Assembly: GCA_000004985.1 (NCBI GenBank)
Contig: GG738851.1
From: Naegleria gruberi
Lineage: Eukaryota
Direction: 5' to 3' (one strand)
DNA: 64,000 bases
Numbering within the stretch: position 1 is the stretch's first letter; each line of letters opens with the position of its first letter. This document shows, in pieces, positions 22,550 to 34,296 of this stretch. Position numbers and translations under genes: made by a program. The notes under the pieces were generated by a model. It was not told the origin of the DNA and did not search any database. It saw nothing but the letters and a program-made list of their open reading frames with translations.

Positions 22550-23373
22550 ATGTCTGATCCGAATGATGACTCGGCTGATGTGAAGAGAAGAGATAAAAAA
22601 TCAGCAAAATGTCCATATTGTATGTAGTTTTGATCATCACGGATTGATAACGTTAAATTTTATAATAATTAATTTGTGGATCAATAATTGTGGATATTGT
22701 TCCGATTAATCTTTATCGGATTGTCATCATCATGCTGTTAATAGGCTATTATCATCAAAAGAAAAATTGTAAAGAAGTAACTGCTCTCAAACCCTTCATA
22801 GAACCAATATTAAATAGTGATAACATGTTTAGTGGACTTAGGAATAGAGAAGTTAAAGCAGTAATTGATACAATGAAGAATAAGAAGAATCCCTCTATTA
22901 AATATATTATTGATGCAGAATTGGAATTTTTTAAGAATGATGCCCGTAAATCAATACCAAACCTTTATTGGTCAACCATAGGAGACATGTATGACAAGAT
23001 TGTAAAAAAATTGAGGGAGCTTGCAGATAAAGAGGAAAAAGATCCATCTGCCTCTAATACAGTGGTGACCACTCCGGGACGTCAGATTTTTCTTGTCACT
23101 CAAGTAAATGGAGATGACTATGTGGCCGAATTGGATATCAATAAGGACTTTGTTAATCTGCAATCCTTTAATGCTGCAATGACTCCTTTTTTTAGTGGAA
23201 TTGATTTTAGCAAGTATGCTACTTGTTTTGACTATTGGAGATGCAGCCCTCCAATACGTATTGCATTAGTGAATGATAGTGCAGTTCACGCACTTAAAGA
23301 ATATTCAGAGCAGTGTGAGAAGGAAGGTCGATTGGAGGTAGCACTGCAATTTGTTAGCTTACCACAATTGTAA
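22550..23373 (+). CDS. Hypothetical protein with an N-terminal Cys/His cluster (KCPYCYYHQKKNC). Two exons: 22550..22619 and 22745..23373. Intron 22620-22744.
   Basis: An ATG exon (MSDPNDDSADVKRRDKKSAKCPY) is joined by a GTATGT…TTAATAG intron in phase to the 227-aa ORF. No family could be assigned. Confidence 0.4.
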
Positions 23374-23526
23374 TTGGCCCTTATGTCAAGAAACCAAATG
23401 GAATCATTTTAGATTAGCCCTTCTACCAATGTTCCATTTTAATTCCAAAACTGTTGGGCTTGAGCGAGAGGCACCAATAGCATCAAACTCTGCAGAAAAA
23501 AAAAAGCACTTCCAATTCCAATAAAT

Positions 23527-26500
23527 ATGTTGCAGAGCTGTGCAAGAAGAGAGAAAAACTGGGTGCTGAGTTTCGCTCTAATTATCCTTTACAACATGCT
23601 GATCACACTTCTCATCCTACAAGAACCAACACATGCAACCATGTGTAGATTTGGATCACCAACATTTAATCAAAGAGATTTGTGTTCATCTGTTACAGAA
23701 GGATCATTCCGTCCTTCATGGTGCAGTGAACATAATCCTTTTGCTGCTGTGCCTCACTTGTTTAGTGACAACAAGTTTCCGAAGTGGTTAAATGTAGAGG
23801 ATGGAGCAATTTGTTCCACATCTCAGCCATACATATTCAGCTATATCAATGGAACACTGATTGATAGACCTCAAAGTGAAGATCCAAACAAATACATCTC
23901 ACCAAGAGATAAATGTAGATATATTTCAAAAATTAACACCATAGAGTTTACTGCCTCAGATGACAAGAATCCACAACGATATGTGGTATTGGGTTTAGTA
24001 TCTGGTCAGATTATTCTTATGAACTTTAACAGTGATGAGACGTACTCAGTGGGAAAGACTGATGATATGACCAATATTAGAACATTGGAAACTTTGACAA
24101 ATGGAACTGATTTATATGTGTCCAGTGTTTCTTTTGGTAATTCTGTTTCGTTATTTTATGGTACATCCAATAAGATAGACAACGTTAGATCATGTGGAAA
24201 TATTTTAGAGGTTGAACCAGACAGCGAATATGCACCTGATGTAAGGTTAATCGTGCATGAGAGAAAAATTTATGCATCAGTTGTTGTTTACAATAGTGTA
24301 GAGCAGAGCTTCTACATTCACTTTTACAGACTCTTTGGTTGTTCCTTTACAAAAGAGTTCCAATACAAGATTAAGGAGAAATGGGATTCAAATCTTGACT
24401 TTAAGGTTTCCTCTCAAGTAGGAGGATTCAAGAATAGTCTTACAACGCAAAGTTACCAAAGTGTTAGAACACTATTACAATTTTACACAACCAAGCATGT
24501 GAAAATTATTGAAATGACAACCAAGAATATTGAAATGGATTTGACTACTGTCGATGATTCTACCTTCTTTGTGGCTAATAGCACTGAAGTGATTACGGGC
24601 GCCACTATTGCTTATGAACAAATTAGAAGAGTTGATTTTAGCCAATCTTCTTGTGTTAAAGTTGTTGCAAATAAGGCTCAAGGAGCCAATTTGCTGGTTA
24701 CTCTTAATAGAAATGGTCAGACCATTTTAAGAGCAAGAAACCTGTTAGAGTTTGCAAATTATGCATTCTTTGAAAACCCTGACAGATCTTACTCTAATCC
24801 AGTAGGTAGAACTGTTCAGTGCAATATTTTGAATGGAACATTCTACGATACTAGAACTAGTAGCTGTGTACCATGTTATGAAACAGAGACAGTAATTACA
24901 GAAATTGGTTCTGGAGAGGAAATTCAAGAAATAAGGTAGGTAGTGGATTAATTTTTTCTTTCTAATGTTTTTGCAAAAAAAGAACGAGATTCCATAATGT
25001 ACCGATGGATTATGCTCAATTCTTTGATATTGACTTGGCTGAAAAGCTTGATATTAACGCACTCTGCTATGATATTATGCAAACACCTGCTCTTGCTAGC
25101 TTGTGTCAACAAAACCTCAATCAATCCAATTGTGCTCTAGAGGTCTTTTCCACTTTTGGTCAAACGTTTCTTCCAAACTTGTTGAGTGATTTTTGGGTTA
25201 ATCAAGTATTCATTTCCAAGACAGGTAAAGAAGTTCTAGTTTATGGCCTCCAACAAGAGATGTGTTCTCTTAATGGATTATATCTTGATACTTACAACAA
25301 GATTAGTTTATTGGGAGAGAGTGATTTTATGGATATTACCAGAAATGCACAACACATGTTCGTAACAATTTCAAGAGAACGTTGGGAGCTTCAATCTATT
25401 AATCGATTCTATAGCATTTGTAAGCAATTAGAAATTAATCCTGATGACCCATTCTTGAAACCATTTGCTGAACAATGTAAAGCCAATACACCAACTCCCG
25501 TCACACTCAATCAATTTGGACAATATACATCTAGCTGCTTTAGTGGAATGTCATGCCCATCACTTAAAGAGGTAGAAATAGTCAAAGTTCCTGATGGATA
25601 TTACACATCAAGACCTAACGCTGTGAAGGAATGTGAAAGTACCTATTTCTGTTACCAAGGCATCAGACAAAAATGTCCTCAAGGGTTTAAATGTCCTTAC
25701 AATAAGATGAACAAACCAATTGCTTGTAAATTTTCAAATCAAAATGGAAGGAGAAGAGATGTCAATTCTTGGGATACACCAAAGGGATCAGATACATGTT
25801 TCTCACCAGGAAACAGTGTTGCTCAACCATGCCTTAACGGAACAATTTGTGTTACTCCTTATTTCCCACCACTTCCTATTTCACCTGGGTTATATCTAGA
25901 AGGAAACAAGATTAGAAAATGTAATGTTGGTGATTATTGTAATTTGGGTCGTTTTGTTGGCTCGAACGAAAATAGTTCAGTATTACAATGCCCTGAAAAC
26001 ACTTATTGTCCTGAGCCAGCGATAATGGAACCATCTCTGTGTATTCCAAATGAAACTATGGCATTGTACTGCCCTTCTGGAACAACAACAAGAATGCCCT
26101 GCAATAGGGGATACTATTGTCCAAGACCTAGTATCCAAACACCTTGTAAATTGACTCAATATTGCGATGTTGGATCCTACGTCCCATCTCCTTGCCCAGC
26201 TGGCTATTACTGTCCATCACCTTCAGAGAAATTGATTTGTCCAAAGGGTTATTATTGTGTTGTGGGTAGTGTGTACCCAACTGGTTGTCCAACCTTCTCA
26301 ATCTGTCCAGAAGGAACCAAGGCCTATGAGGATTATGCATTGGGTGTTTTAATTGATATTTTAATTGCTGCAGCTGTTTTCTTGACTTACAAAATTTACG
26401 TATGGACCAAAGCATGTTGGAATAAATTCCAAGAAAAGAGAAGAAATAAGAAGAAGGAAGAAAGAGCTCAAAAAGTACTTAGCACTGCTCAGTTGGATCC

Positions 26501-28591
26501 TTTAGTTTCATTCTCTCAATATATCCCTAAGTTGACTGTTTCAGAAGTTATGGAAGGTTTATATAAGGAGGTTAGAGTTGAAATTGCATTCGAAAATTTG
26601 TCCCTCGATTTGAAAACCAACAATAAGAGAATTTTACATAATTTAAATGGTAAATTCAGAGCTGGTAGATTGACCTGTATTATGGGCCCTAGTGGTAGTG
26701 GTAAGACCACCTTGTTATCAGCTATTAGTGGTAAGGCACCTTATGCCAATGTGGTTGGTGATATCAAGATTAATGGTGTCAAGAGTTCCATGAAGAAATT
26801 CAAAAACGTTTGTGCATTTGTTCAACAAGAAGATTGTATGCATAGAGAGTTGACTGTTGAAGAATGTATTTATTTCTCTGCCAGAACTAGACTGAATGCA
26901 AAAGTGAGTCAAAAAACAATTGATTCCATTGTAGATGGTGTTATTCAAATTTTGGATTTGAATCACGTAAGACACTCAATTATTGGCGATGAAACAAAGA
27001 GAGGTATTTCAGGTGGTCAAAGAAAGAGAGTCAGTATTGCTATGGAATTGGTTGCTTGTCCATATGTTTTATTCCGTAAGTTTCAATTTTATATATAATG
27101 TTAACACTTCTCATAGTTGATGAACCTACTAGCTCCTTGGATGCCTACAGTAGTTTTGAAGTATCGAAAGCAATGAAGGATATTGCCTCTAGTGGTATAA
27201 CAGTAGTGGCAGTGTTGCATCAACCTAGATTTGAGATATTTGAAATGTTTGATGATGTTGTCTTGCTTGGTAATGGAGGTAGAATTGTTTACATGGGACC
27301 TTCTAAGGATGCTCTGAACTATTTCTCTGAGAAACTTCAATTGGAACCTCCTCCATTTGTTAATCCAAGTGATTTCTTCCTGGATGCTATTTACGATCCA
27401 AGTTTCACTTATCAAAATCAATCTAAGAGAACTGGAAAATATGTTAAATCTATGACCTGCCAAGAAATGTTTGATTTGTGGGAAGAAAATTCCAAGCAGA
27501 TTCAGGCCACTCCAATTGAAGCCAATATTTCATATGAATCTCTTAGAAAAGAGGAGAAATCCAGAGGACAAAATCCACTCATTCATTTGTATATGTGTAT
27601 TAGAAGATCATTCATATTGAGAATCAGAGACATTATGGGATTCTTTGTTGATTGTCTGTTAGTTTATATTGCAGGATTGGCACTTGGTATGATTTTCTTA
27701 AAGGATGCCTATGTTGGACCACTTCCTGAAGATATTATAGATACATGTCCTGCTGCTATTAGAAAGATTTGTGAATATCCATTGAATAATCCAATTATCA
27801 ATGTTGCCAGTACAATCCCTCTTGCCTTGGGATTGTGTGCAGGTATGTCTTCACTTGGAACATTTGGTACAAGACAAGAACAAGTAATTTTCAAGAAGGA
27901 ACAAGCTGCTGGATTATCTGTCATGTCCTATTTCTTGTCGAAAATGTTAGAACAAATTCCAAATATTGTTCTGGGTCCAGTTGTGTTCCTTTCCATTTTC
28001 TTCTCACTCTATTCACCACGAGCTACTTTCTGGGAATATTATTTGGTACTTTTGATGATGCACTTTACAACATTTGGATTAGGAACATTGATAAGTGTTT
28101 GTGTCAAGTTGGATTTGATTCAATTGGCCACAGCTGTCTTGATTCTCGTTTCACAACTTGTTGGAGGTAGTAAGCCAACTATTCCACAAATGAAAGAAAT
28201 TATTCCGCCACTCTTTTGGATCAGTTGCGTCTCCTATGTCAGATATGCACAAGAAGCATTATATTTAATGGAAATCAAGTACTATAAGGATATATTCGAT
28301 ATCAGGTCCTCTTTGGAAGTATTTGATTATGATTTGAGTAATATTGATTTCTGTATTGGAATGATCCCAGTTTTTGGTGTTGCCTTTAGAATTTTAACCT
28401 TGATAGCTCTTTATCAGAAGAGTGATGATTCATTGTGGAGCACTCTTTGGATGTATTTTACTTATTATTCAAATGTTGATAATTTGAAACTAACTGCTAA
28501 ATCATTCTTGAAGAAGTTTAAGAGAACTAAGAAAAAGAATGAAAACGAAGAATTATTACTCAGCACCAACGGTGATACAATAGTGCAATAA
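23527..28591 (+). CDS. ABCG-type (White-like) half transporter of 1657 aa with a large N-terminal extracellular domain. Layout: signal peptide, about 900-aa ectodomain with GCC2/GCC3-like Cys repeats, a TM helix, the NBD, then a 6-TM domain. Exons: 23527..24935, 24983..27075, 27117..28591. Introns 24936-24982 and 27076-27116.
   Basis: NBD motifs are present: Walker A GPSGSGKTT, Q-loop, ABC signature ISGGQRKRVSIAME, Walker B VLF|LDEPTSSLD (split by the 41-nt intron GTAAGT…CTCATAG), and an HQP H-loop, followed by six hydrophobic helices. The N-terminal region carries repeated CPxGYYCP / YCP…C units and a TM helix (ALGVLIDILIAAAVFLTYKIYVW) just before the NBD. The first junction uses donor AG|GTAGGT and acceptor AAAAAAAG|A. 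The total length is divisible by 3. Confidence 0.7.
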
Positions 28592-28829
28592 AGTTAAGTA
28601 AAAAAATTCACTTTTAGTTGCAACGAAGCTCTTGGGTAAACCAAATTGTACGCTCAAAAAATCATTTCCGTAATTATCATCGAGTTTTGAAACAACGGTT
28701 GGCTTGCTAGTAAGATTGTTTTAATTATTTTAGAATTTCAATTTATTTAGATATATTCAGCGAATTTGACGTCTTCAAACACCCAAATTCAATTCACTAT
28801 TTACAATTTTTCACATTTTTCAATTAATC

Positions 28830-29771
28830 TTAACGCAATTCAATCAAGCCAGACCTATGCTTATCAGACATGTCGTGATTGTAATCTCTGTGCATACATT
28901 CATCGGCACGTACTACTACCACTACGTCTCTCATAGTTGATTCTGGTTTAAGATTCCAATACTTGATTGCAATCTCTGGAGCTTTACAATTTGGAATATC
29001 ACCCTTATCAATAGCTTCTAAGAATTCAGAATAGGCAGCAACAGCTTCTTCCTCCAAATAACCAACAAGACGATGGCAAAATCTTGGATTCAACAAGTAA
29101 GCCATCGTATAGAAGGAAGTAAAACCAACTTGAGCACCAACAACCAACATTCTTTCCAAAAAGGTTGGCTTTGTCATTTCCATCCATGTCAACAAGTGCA
29201 TTCTTTCATTTTCAGCTTCTTCCATCAGTTCTCCAATATGTCCATGATCTCTTCTCATTAATCTCAATGAGTTGAAATGTCTCCAACCTCCTGCAACTAT
29301 ACCCGGAACAGCAGCAACTGTTTCTAATACAACAGCATGGTGAAGATAACGATTTCCAAAGAATCCATGAACGAAAACTCTTAAAAACTTCATAATACCT
29401 AGAGCCAACTTATCAGTCAAGTCAACTGGTGAATAGGAACGTAAAACTTGATACTTTTCCAATTCTTGAGTGTTGGTGTGTGCATTGTCTCCATATGGAC
29501 GGAATTTAGCTTGTGCCAATGGAGTATGATTAGTTTCATAGTGTTTATAGACCATATCCTTAGTAAACATTGGTTTGTTGGATTCTTCTTGAATGGTAGA
29601 CTTCTTGATGGATTGTTGTTGAGTTTCAAATTGACCAAAAGCTGCAGCAGTAGAGTAGGATCTAGTCATATTGAAACAGTTCATTTGATTCTTGACATTC
29701 AAGCTTTTCAAAATGTTGAGAGAAGTTGAACTGCCACGAGCAACACAATTTCTATTCATCATCATTTTCAA
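28830..29771 (-). CDS. AOX: Alternative oxidase (mitochondrial, di-iron), 313 aa.
   Basis: Diagnostic motifs LETVAAVPG, NERMHLLTW, LEEEA and RADECMHRD are present, with a presequence-like N-terminus. Confidence 0.9.
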   Translation of the reverse strand: MKMMMNRNCVARGSSTSLNILKSLNVKNQMNCFNMTRSYSTAAAFGQFETQQQSIKKSTIQEESNKPMFTKDMVYKHYETNHTPLAQAKFRPYGDNAHTNTQELEKYQVLRSYSPVDLTDKLALGIMKFLRVFVHGFFGNRYLHHAVVLETVAAVPGIVAGGWRHFNSLRLMRRDHGHIGELMEEAENERMHLLTWMEMTKPTFLERMLVVGAQVGFTSFYTMAYLLNPRFCHRLVGYLEEEAVAAYSEFLEAIDKGDIPNCKAPEIAIKYWNLKPESTMRDVVVVVRADECMHRDYNHDMSDKHRSGLIELR

Positions 29772-30269
29772 ATAGTTAATATTAAATAGTTAATATCAGT
29801 AAGTAGTATGAGTGGACAATTATTGTTATTGTTTTTGTTTTGAATTTCATCTATTGCGTCCATCATCTCTGTATTTATATCAACTGTGAAAGTGTACGTT
29901 GCGTCCGCCAATAAAGTGTTCAACCATTACAAAAAAGGAAATTATACGAAGCGGTTGTTCAAATGGTGAGTTGATATGGAGAATCATGTAGTAACAAGTG
30001 GCTATTTAAACCATGATTCTTTGAAAATGGGCGAGTATGTTACAAAAGATTCTCAAATTGATTGAATTAAATATGATTTTCATTGTAATTGGTTCAATTC
30101 AATCATTTTGAGTGGTGTTTTTCAAATTCATGTTTGAGTATGAGGTGATGGGGAAAAGGAATATTGCAATCAATTAATGAATGGTGGGGAAGGGAAAACT
30201 TTACTCAGTATTATGTGCGCCATATTAATGTTTTAACAATGTGTGTGAACAGTGCATGCGGTTATGTTT

Positions 30270-31742
30270 CTAATAGAGGAGTTGAGATATTTTGGCCTCA
30301 ATTTCTCTGCCAACTCTCGTAAACCATGTTAAAGCAAAAAATGGCTCCAAATCTCTATTCTCAATTCCATTAGAAAAGTCCTCATCTGGATAAATGAATA
30401 ATTCCTCAGCATCTCCTGCATGAACGAAAAAGTCAATCTGGGCACACATTATTAATTTAGAGAAGGGAATCATGGCCTTCTTTTCATCTTGTGTGATTGG
30501 TTCTCCTCTTGCATTTTCATAACTTGTCCTATATGCTTGAGTGAGAGTATCATCAAATACTTCAAATGGTTTGTATTCATCCTCAGGCGTAACAATCTTT
30601 GCAATACACCAAAAGAAGAATCCCTTGATGAAATCCAAAATTTGTGGTCCCCAAAAACTATCATCCCAATCCACCACTCCAGCAATGAATTCCTTGTTTT
30701 CATATTTAGAAAATAGAACATTATTCTCATGAATGTCGGCATGTAAGATTGCTTGAGGAAGAGAATCTTCGAGTCTTTGCTGTTCTTCCTTGCTTATTGT
30801 TGATATCAGACTGTTTGCCTCTTCTACAATTTTAATCAATTCATCCAACAAGGTAATTACTTTAGCGTTGTATCTATTGGCTTTTTCAATGTGTTCTTCC
30901 TTGAATGTACAATTGGTCTTGTCAAATATGACAACTCTAGATTTCATAGCTTGAATAGTATTACTCACACTTTCAAGTGCTTCTGCCAAGTATGAAAAGG
31001 TCAACTTTTTCTCACTGATTTTCATTTCTATCATGTCTTGTGGAGTGACCTTTCTATCAAGAATTGAAAAGCCATTTTCCCTGGTCATCTTGTGTAAGCT
31101 ACCCAAAAACACAGCTAATTGATTGACTTGGTCAATTGTCTTCTTTCCCTTATCAACATGGTAGCCACTCACACAACTAAACATGGCACAAAATCTTCCA
31201 TCAACAAAATCAACAATCACTCTATTCATATCAGGAAATTTGGAATAAGAAGATTGAACAAATTCAACCAGCACACATGTTGGTAAAATAACAAACGGAA
31301 CTGGAAATCTATTTTGACAAAGGAAAAACAGTGTAGACAATTCAAATCCAATGAATTCTTTAGATTTGTCACGATCATTGTAAATTCTGAAAATATAGCA
31401 TACTTTTGGAGTGCTGAAAACAGTTCCATTCTTCAATTTACCACTAAACGAAATTGTTATTTTAACACTATCATTTTCAACTCCTCCTGTCAATTCTTCC
31501 GAATCAACACTACAATCCCATAAGGAATTCTCTTCAAGAATATATTGCGAACAAACAGCATCAGGTTGCAGAAGATGAGGATAATGCTGTTTCAAAATTT
31601 CTAATATAATCTCCGCATTCCATCTTTCATTCAGGGCAGAATCCGATGATGAGTTAATATCCTCCGATTCACTACAACTATTGCCATCAAATATATTATT
31701 TGATGAAAGAGAGGGCACAGGAGTCACGTCGTCGAGGAACAT
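30270..31742 (-). CDS. Aminoglycoside-phosphotransferase / choline-kinase-fold (APH family) kinase-like protein, 490 aa.
   Basis: The catalytic-loop-like LHADIHENNVLF (HxDxxxxN) and a downstream VVDWDDS (metal-binding Asp) match the APH/ChoK fold. Confidence 0.5.
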   Translation of the reverse strand: MFLDDVTPVPSLSSNNIFDGNSCSESEDINSSSDSALNERWNAEIILEILKQHYPHLLQPDAVCSQYILEENSLWDCSVDSEELTGGVENDSVKITISFSGKLKNGTVFSTPKVCYIFRIYNDRDKSKEFIGFELSTLFFLCQNRFPVPFVILPTCVLVEFVQSSYSKFPDMNRVIVDFVDGRFCAMFSCVSGYHVDKGKKTIDQVNQLAVFLGSLHKMTRENGFSILDRKVTPQDMIEMKISEKKLTFSYLAEALESVSNTIQAMKSRVVIFDKTNCTFKEEHIEKANRYNAKVITLLDELIKIVEEANSLISTISKEEQQRLEDSLPQAILHADIHENNVLFSKYENKEFIAGVVDWDDSFWGPQILDFIKGFFFWCIAKIVTPEDEYKPFEVFDDTLTQAYRTSYENARGEPITQDEKKAMIPFSKLIMCAQIDFFVHAGDAEELFIYPDEDFSNGIENRDLEPFFALTWFTRVGREIEAKISQLLY

Positions 31743-31764
31743 TTTTTTTGATTATTTCTAAATA

Positions 31765-33177
31765 TTACCTTCGCTGCTTTTTGGTTGTGTGAAGAAGTTT
31801 GCTCAAGGTTTGTTCGACTTCAGCGTGGATACTTTTGGTTGGTTGTGGTTGGTGATCTGCTCCAGCAAACTTTCTCTTATTTTCATTCTCGATACGTTCC
31901 TTGAGAGCTTGTTCAATCTTGACTTTGGTCTTTTCCAAATATTGAATTGGAATGGGATGATTGGGATCTAGTTGGTGAGCTTTTTGGAAATTATCACTGG
32001 CCAATTGGTAGGATTTCTGATTGTAGAGAGCACTGCCAATTCCAATGAATGCATCAATGTTCTTATCATCATAATCGAGAGCTTCCTTGTAGAGATCGAG
32101 AGCTTTGGTATAATTCTTTTGCTTGGAGAATTCTACTCCTTTCTGAACACAAGTTGTTGAGTATTTTCTATCTTGAGATTCTCTGAGAGCATTATATTTA
32201 GGAAGACGTTCGAGGGTTGGGTCTAGCCATGATTTACTGTCATCTTGGAGAAGTTGAGCCAGATTCTTCTCTGCCTCTGTTTGGGTTTCTGTGATTTCTA
32301 TTGGTTTGAAATATCTCTGTAAAATTATGTGAGAATGTAAATTATCCTTGAACCAATCCTCTTTTTCAATTAGGCAATTGAATTGATCTCCCATTAATGA
32401 ATTACGTTCCCTTAAGCTTTCATAAACTGGTGGAAAATTAGTATATAATGAGTGAATTGGGAATGAGAAACATTGAGAAAGGATAGTCTCAAATTTACCA
32501 CTCAATTTCACACAATTCTTCTCCCTATCACCTTCATTCACCACAAAAAACATGTACTCATTATCTCTAGCATCCACTCGTTCCACAAACTCAACATCAA
32601 TACTCTCCAAATTAAATCTAGTAAATTTAGGGCAAGGAACAAGTTTCGAATCCCAAATAGATAACCAAAATACTTCATCCATAAAGAATTTACTTGATTT
32701 CCTCTCCTTAACCTGATGTCTTCCGCCAACAATGATAAAACTCTGTTGTAATTTAGCTCTTGAATGTAACAAGTAGAAATTATCCAATATTTGTGAAGTG
32801 GGAGTGTGTTGATTTTTAATTGGATGAACGAAAAAGAGACCATTATTATTCGTGTATCGATAGTGTTGTTCTGGAATGACACCAATATAATTATCATTAA
32901 TTTCTCCACCTTGTTGAATCCTCTCCGATGATTCCATCAGAAGAGAAGGTTTACATCTATTGACTGATTCCGATGAATAAATAGTGAAAGGTAAATCACT
33001 CCAATTTACGCTACCATCATCACTCAAATTCTTCCTGTATTCTAATTCTTGAGTATTGTTTTCTTCCTTCAATTTAGAAAAAGATGTACCAGAAGAAAAA
33101 TCGTTTACTACTTCATTCGATGATGATGTTATTGTTGTTGTGTTTGGTTGTAACGGTAAGTTCCCTTCCGCGCTCAT
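31765..33177 (-). CDS. TPR-repeat protein of 470 aa with an unassigned N-terminal domain.
   Basis: The C-terminal region has TPR-like repeats (…YTKALDLYKEALDYDDKNIDAFIGIGSALYNQKSYQLASDNFQKAHQLDPNHP…). Confidence 0.45.
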   Translation of the reverse strand: MSAEGNLPLQPNTTTITSSSNEVVNDFSSGTSFSKLKEENNTQELEYRKNLSDDGSVNWSDLPFTIYSSESVNRCKPSLLMESSERIQQGGEINDNYIGVIPEQHYRYTNNNGLFFVHPIKNQHTPTSQILDNFYLLHSRAKLQQSFIIVGGRHQVKERKSSKFFMDEVFWLSIWDSKLVPCPKFTRFNLESIDVEFVERVDARDNEYMFFVVNEGDREKNCVKLSGKFETILSQCFSFPIHSLYTNFPPVYESLRERNSLMGDQFNCLIEKEDWFKDNLHSHIILQRYFKPIEITETQTEAEKNLAQLLQDDSKSWLDPTLERLPKYNALRESQDRKYSTTCVQKGVEFSKQKNYTKALDLYKEALDYDDKNIDAFIGIGSALYNQKSYQLASDNFQKAHQLDPNHPIPIQYLEKTKVKIEQALKERIENENKRKFAGADHQPQPTKSIHAEVEQTLSKLLHTTKKQRR

Positions 33178-33376
33178 TTTTATTATGAAATTAAAATCAT
33201 CAGTTCAAAGTTTTGAATTATTAACCAAGCCTATGTTTAAATTCTTATAAGAACAGCATTGATATCTAGGGTGTGAACAGTGCACCAAGATCGTGTAATG
33301 TTTTTATAAATTAATTCAAACCAACAATAACCTTATTATAACGTTGAAATTTATAACCACTAAAAAAAGAGGCAAA

Positions 33377-34169
33377 ATGAAAACCACCAAAAATACATCC
33401 TCCTTACAGAGTATCATCACCTTACTTGTAGTTTTGGTGTGCCTGAGTTGTATTTTAATAGACAATGTATCGGGATTCATCATTAAATTACATCCAAATA
33501 CAGTACCAATGTGTTTCACTGAATACTTCTCAGAGAATACTCATGTGAGCATTGCCTTAACAGTGCCACAGGGTGATTTTGCAAAGCCTTCCGATCTGTA
33601 TGCAGTAAGAGGAATTGTGAAGGATTCATATGGACTCCAAGTGGCCTCTGTCAATATGTTTAAACCAATCGGAACACAACATATCAAATTCATAACCTCA
33701 ACATTTCCAAGAGATTTCCATTGTAAGTAAATGCATTATTCAAAATCCTCATCACCTCAATTTAATGACTTATAGCTATTTGCTTTTATTGGGATCATCC
33801 TTCACAGGAAACAAATGTTGATATCAAAGTAGAGGATGAATTCCGAGTTGCTCAAGGTCAAGAAAAGAAAGATATCGTAGAAGTGTTATCAGCTGTTTTG
33901 CAGGAAATTGGAAAGAGACTTGACTCAATCACTGATCAACAAGCCTACTTTAAGGAAAGAGAGGAAAGATTCAGATACACCTCTGAAAGTACACTGGAAA
34001 GAACCTTCTTCTTTGGACTTGGTAAATTCATTGCCATTGTTGGTGCTAGTAAGTATTCATATTTGACTTGTAATCAAAGATTGAATTCGAATAATATGTT
34101 TTTCAAACAACAGCTGCCTACCAAATTATTGCTTTGAGATTATTCTTCAAGAAAGCCAAAGTTATATAG
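33377..34169 (+). CDS. p24/emp24/gp25L (GOLD-domain) cargo receptor. Three exons: 33377..33722, 33776..34048 and 34114..34169. Introns 33723-33775 and 34049-34113.
   Basis: A signal peptide is followed by a GOLD region with PMCF…ICFYWD cysteines. The exons give …VDIKVEDEF… …EREERFRYTSESTLERTFFFGLGKFIAIVGA|TAYQIIALRLFFKKAKVI*, which shows the family hallmark and C-terminal tail. Phases check out. The first acceptor is TATAG, not the more obvious CACAG, which would create a stop. Confidence 0.7.
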
Positions 34170-34296
34170 GTTATCTCAATCGTCATCATCTCTAAATAAA
34201 TTTATACCTCTTTTTCATAATCACTTTCATACAATAAATTCAAATGCAATTTATTATCATACAACCTCAATAACCAATCGAGAATCTACAAAAAAA

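Noticed and set aside
27098-27120. The track ORF start 'MLTLLIVDEPTSS' at 27098 looked like an independent gene start.
   Set aside because: The ATG and the next 6 codons are the 3' end of a 41-nt intron (GTAAGT…CTCATAG). The real exon begins at 27117 and restores Walker B VLF|LDEPTSSLD of the ABC NBD.
30248-33285. A shared 14-mer GTGTGAACAGTGCA at 30249 and 33272 in intergenic DNA.
   Set aside because: About 15 chance 14-mer repeats are expected in 64 kb, and the two contexts differ (3' UTR versus promoter). It is not supportable as a motif without more copies.
33723-33808. The obvious CCTTCACAG acceptor at 33807 for p24 intron 1.
   Set aside because: With the only available GT donor (phase 1 at 33723) it creates an in-frame TGA. 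The upstream TATAG acceptor at 33775 keeps the frame and yields the conserved ICF(Y) GOLD cysteine motif.
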